6,321 nucleotides of DNA from a virus. The notes beneath the pieces were generated by a model, which was given only the letters and a program-made list of their open reading frames with translations, ran no database searches and was not told the DNA's origin. Below, piece after piece: positions 5,444-6,321 of this stretch. The stretch is from positions 1 through 6,321 of the IMG/VR virus record IMGVR_UViG_3300045988_033151. One strand, 5' to 3'. The position numbers were made by a program, and so were the translations under genes. Position 1 is the first letter of the stretch; each line of letters begins with the position of its first letter.

Positions 5444-5782
5444 ATGAAAAAAGTAGGAATTAATTACAGAAGTAAGCTAGGAACACCTCTAGTAGAGGGT
5501 GAAAGAATTGAGTTAAAAATTGACAGAATGACGCAAAATAACGAACCTATCGGAGAAAGCGCGCCACTAATATATACACCAAGGAAAGACGGAGTAGTAG
5601 CAGCATACGACATCCGGACGGATAAGTGGGATATTGCCTTAGATGCAATGGAAAAGGTCAATCGAACAAGAGGTAAGATATCAGAGTTAGGGGGTATGCG
5701 AGAAGCCAAAAAGAGCATTGATGAGGAAGCAAAGAAAGCCGTAGCCAACGGTGCAATTGAGTCGAAAAACGAACTCAATTAG
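5444..5782 (+). CDS. Hypothetical protein, 112 aa, immediately downstream of VP1 (possible scaffolding or assembly factor; function not established)
   Basis: ATG lies 11 nt after the VP1 stop on the same strand. It has a charged C-terminal half and a PLIYTPRKDGVVAAYDIRTDKWDIALDAM block that looks conserved, though I cannot tie it to a named family without a search. Confidence 0.6.
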   Translation: MKKVGINYRSKLGTPLVEGERIELKIDRMTQNNEPIGESAPLIYTPRKDGVVAAYDIRTDKWDIALDAMEKVNRTRGKISELGGMREAKKSIDEEAKKAVANGAIESKNELN

Positions 5783-5843
5783 CATGTAAACACTTTAGTA
5801 AGCAAAGCTTATACGTGTGAAATGAACGACCATTAAAACCGAA

Positions 5844-5895
5844 GATTTCGCGGGGACGCACGGCATAGATTGTCCAATAAGTTTACCGCGGAATC
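5844..5895. other. Long-range stem: GATTTCGCGG (5844-5853) pairs with CCGCGGAATC (5886-5895), 10 bp with one T-G pair; an inner GGAC/GTCC stem lies at 5854-5857 / 5872-5875
   Basis: Pairs checked individually. The structure encloses the first copy of the ACGCACG..GCATA direct repeat. Confidence 0.5.
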
Positions 5896-5927
5896 CTCTT
5901 TAAAGAGGGTGGTACGCACGTAGCATA
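5856..5927. repeat. Imperfect direct repeat ACGCACG-GCATA (5856-5867) and ACGCACGtaGCATA (5914-5927)
   Basis: Read directly. The two copies are 58 nt apart in the VP1-side intergenic region. Confidence 0.55.
5895..5908. other. Perfect 14-bp palindrome CCTCTTTAAAGAGG
   Basis: Read directly. It shares the CTCTTT/AAAGAG core with the hairpin at 5950-5966. Confidence 0.75.
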
Positions 5928-5949
5928 TATTATCTAGTTTATAATGTAA

Positions 5950-5966
5950 GCTCTTTTAGAAAGAGC
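5950..5966. other. Hairpin GCTCTTT-TAG-AAAGAGC (7-bp stem, 3-nt loop), 26 nt upstream of the VP2 start
   Basis: Read directly: 5950-5956 pair with 5960-5966. Confidence 0.7.
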
Positions 5967-5991
5967 GAAATCAATGTAAAAATATATTATT

Positions 5992-6321
5992 ATGGGATTT
6001 TTAAAAAATGCATTAGGAATGATTGGTGATGCAGCCACAGGAGGACTAGCAAGCGGAGTAGGAAGTTTTGTAAGCGGAATATTCGGAGGAAAGGGAGTAT
6101 CAAAAAAGGACCAATTAGAAATCATGAATAAGCAACACGGATATGAATTGGAGAACATGGATTACCAAGCGAAGCTTAACGAAGAAATGGCACAGAGAAA
6201 CCAAGAACGCCAAAATGAATATTTCGGAATGACAGCAGAATATAATTCCGCAAAGAACCAAAAACAAAGATTAACAGACGCAGGATTAAACCCAGCGTTA
6301 ATGTACGGAAGCGCAGGAAGC
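5992..6321 (+). CDS. VP2: VP2 minor capsid / DNA pilot protein, 5' part; true start of the gene, which continues through the circular junction into nt 249-1031
   Basis: ATG at 5992 is the first ATG after an in-frame TAA at 5977-5979. It is in frame with the track ORF, since 6124 (= 51 + 6073) minus 5992 is 132, or 44 codons, with no intervening stop. The N-terminus reads MGFLKNALGMIGDAATGGLASGVGSFVSGIFGGKG, a Gly-rich hydrophobic start typical of microvirus pilot proteins. Confidence 0.8.
   Translation, partial: MGFLKNALGMIGDAATGGLASGVGSFVSGIFGGKGVSKKDQLEIMNKQHGYELENMDYQAKLNEEMAQRNQERQNEYFGMTAEYNSAKNQKQRLTDAGLNPALMYGSAGS
6074..6321. repeat. Terminal redundancy, right copy; circular-genome assembly overlap identical to 1-248
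   Basis: Same comparison as the left copy. The offset is exactly 6073 nt. Confidence 0.9.

Larger units (their letters stand above)
1..6073 (+). other. One full unit of a circular Microviridae (Alpavirinae-like) ssDNA phage genome, circularly permuted in this window
   Basis: Nt 1-248 repeat exactly at 6074-6321 (offset 6073). The gene set is VP1 + VP2 + VP4 with all ORFs on one strand and tight packing. The 6.07 kb size matches large gut-type microviruses rather than the 4.4-4.9 kb gokushoviruses. Confidence 0.85.

Noticed and set aside
5911-5948. A dif-like Xer recombination site: GGTACGCA...ATATTAT...ATAATGTA resembles pieces of E. coli dif, GGTGCGCATAATGTATATTATGTTAAAT
   Set aside because: Only fragments match. 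The XerC-arm-like GGTaCGCA and a separate ATAATGTA have the wrong spacing, and there is no XerD-arm TTATGTTAAAT. I also do not know the Bacteroidota dif consensus from memory. It is worth a motif scan but is not supportable by eye.
89-6158. All minus-strand ORFs in the track: 89..271, 103..306, 509..697, 2317..2511, 2787..2972, 2983..3168, 3293..3478, 3318..3518, 4103..4378, 5233..5427, 5464..5778 and 5934..6158
   Set aside because: Each one is antisense to a well-supported + strand gene or to a promoter region. Their products are Leu/Ser/Phe-rich low-complexity sequences, the typical shadow of purine-rich sense codons. Microviridae transcribe a single strand.

Overview
The window holds one complete, circularly permuted genome of a small ssDNA phage (family Microviridae) plus 248 nt of assembly overlap. 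Nt 1-248 are identical to nt 6074-6321, so the unit length is 6,073 nt. Genome size, gene order (VP1 - small ORF - VP2 - VP4), A/T-rich start regions without Shine-Dalgarno motifs, and one Bacteroides-type promoter motif suggest an Alpavirinae-like microvirus of a Bacteroidota host. That lineage and host assignment is inference. All credible genes are on the + strand. They are: the VP2 DNA-pilot/minor capsid protein, which spans the window junction (5992..6321 continuing into 1..1031, 370 aa, so the track ORF 51..1031 is N-terminally truncated); the VP4 rolling-circle replication initiator (1033..2037, with HUH and YxxxY motifs); four tightly packed small ORFans (2375..3423); the VP1 major capsid protein (3432..5432); and a 112-aa ORF (5444..5782). 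Two noncoding regions stand out. The first (2038-2374) contains a roughly 200-nt island that is GC-rich, pyrimidine-rich and A-poor, unlike the A-rich genome around it. It carries a 9-bp tandem repeat, several hairpins and an 11-bp tandem repeat, followed by a TTTG-N20-TAnnTTTG promoter-like motif. The second (5783-5991) contains a chain of stem-loops and short direct repeats. These regions are the best candidates for replication origins, priming signals or other undescribed cis elements. The small-ORF module lacks recognisable scaffolding, DNA-binding or lysis genes and includes a lipobox-bearing membrane peptide.
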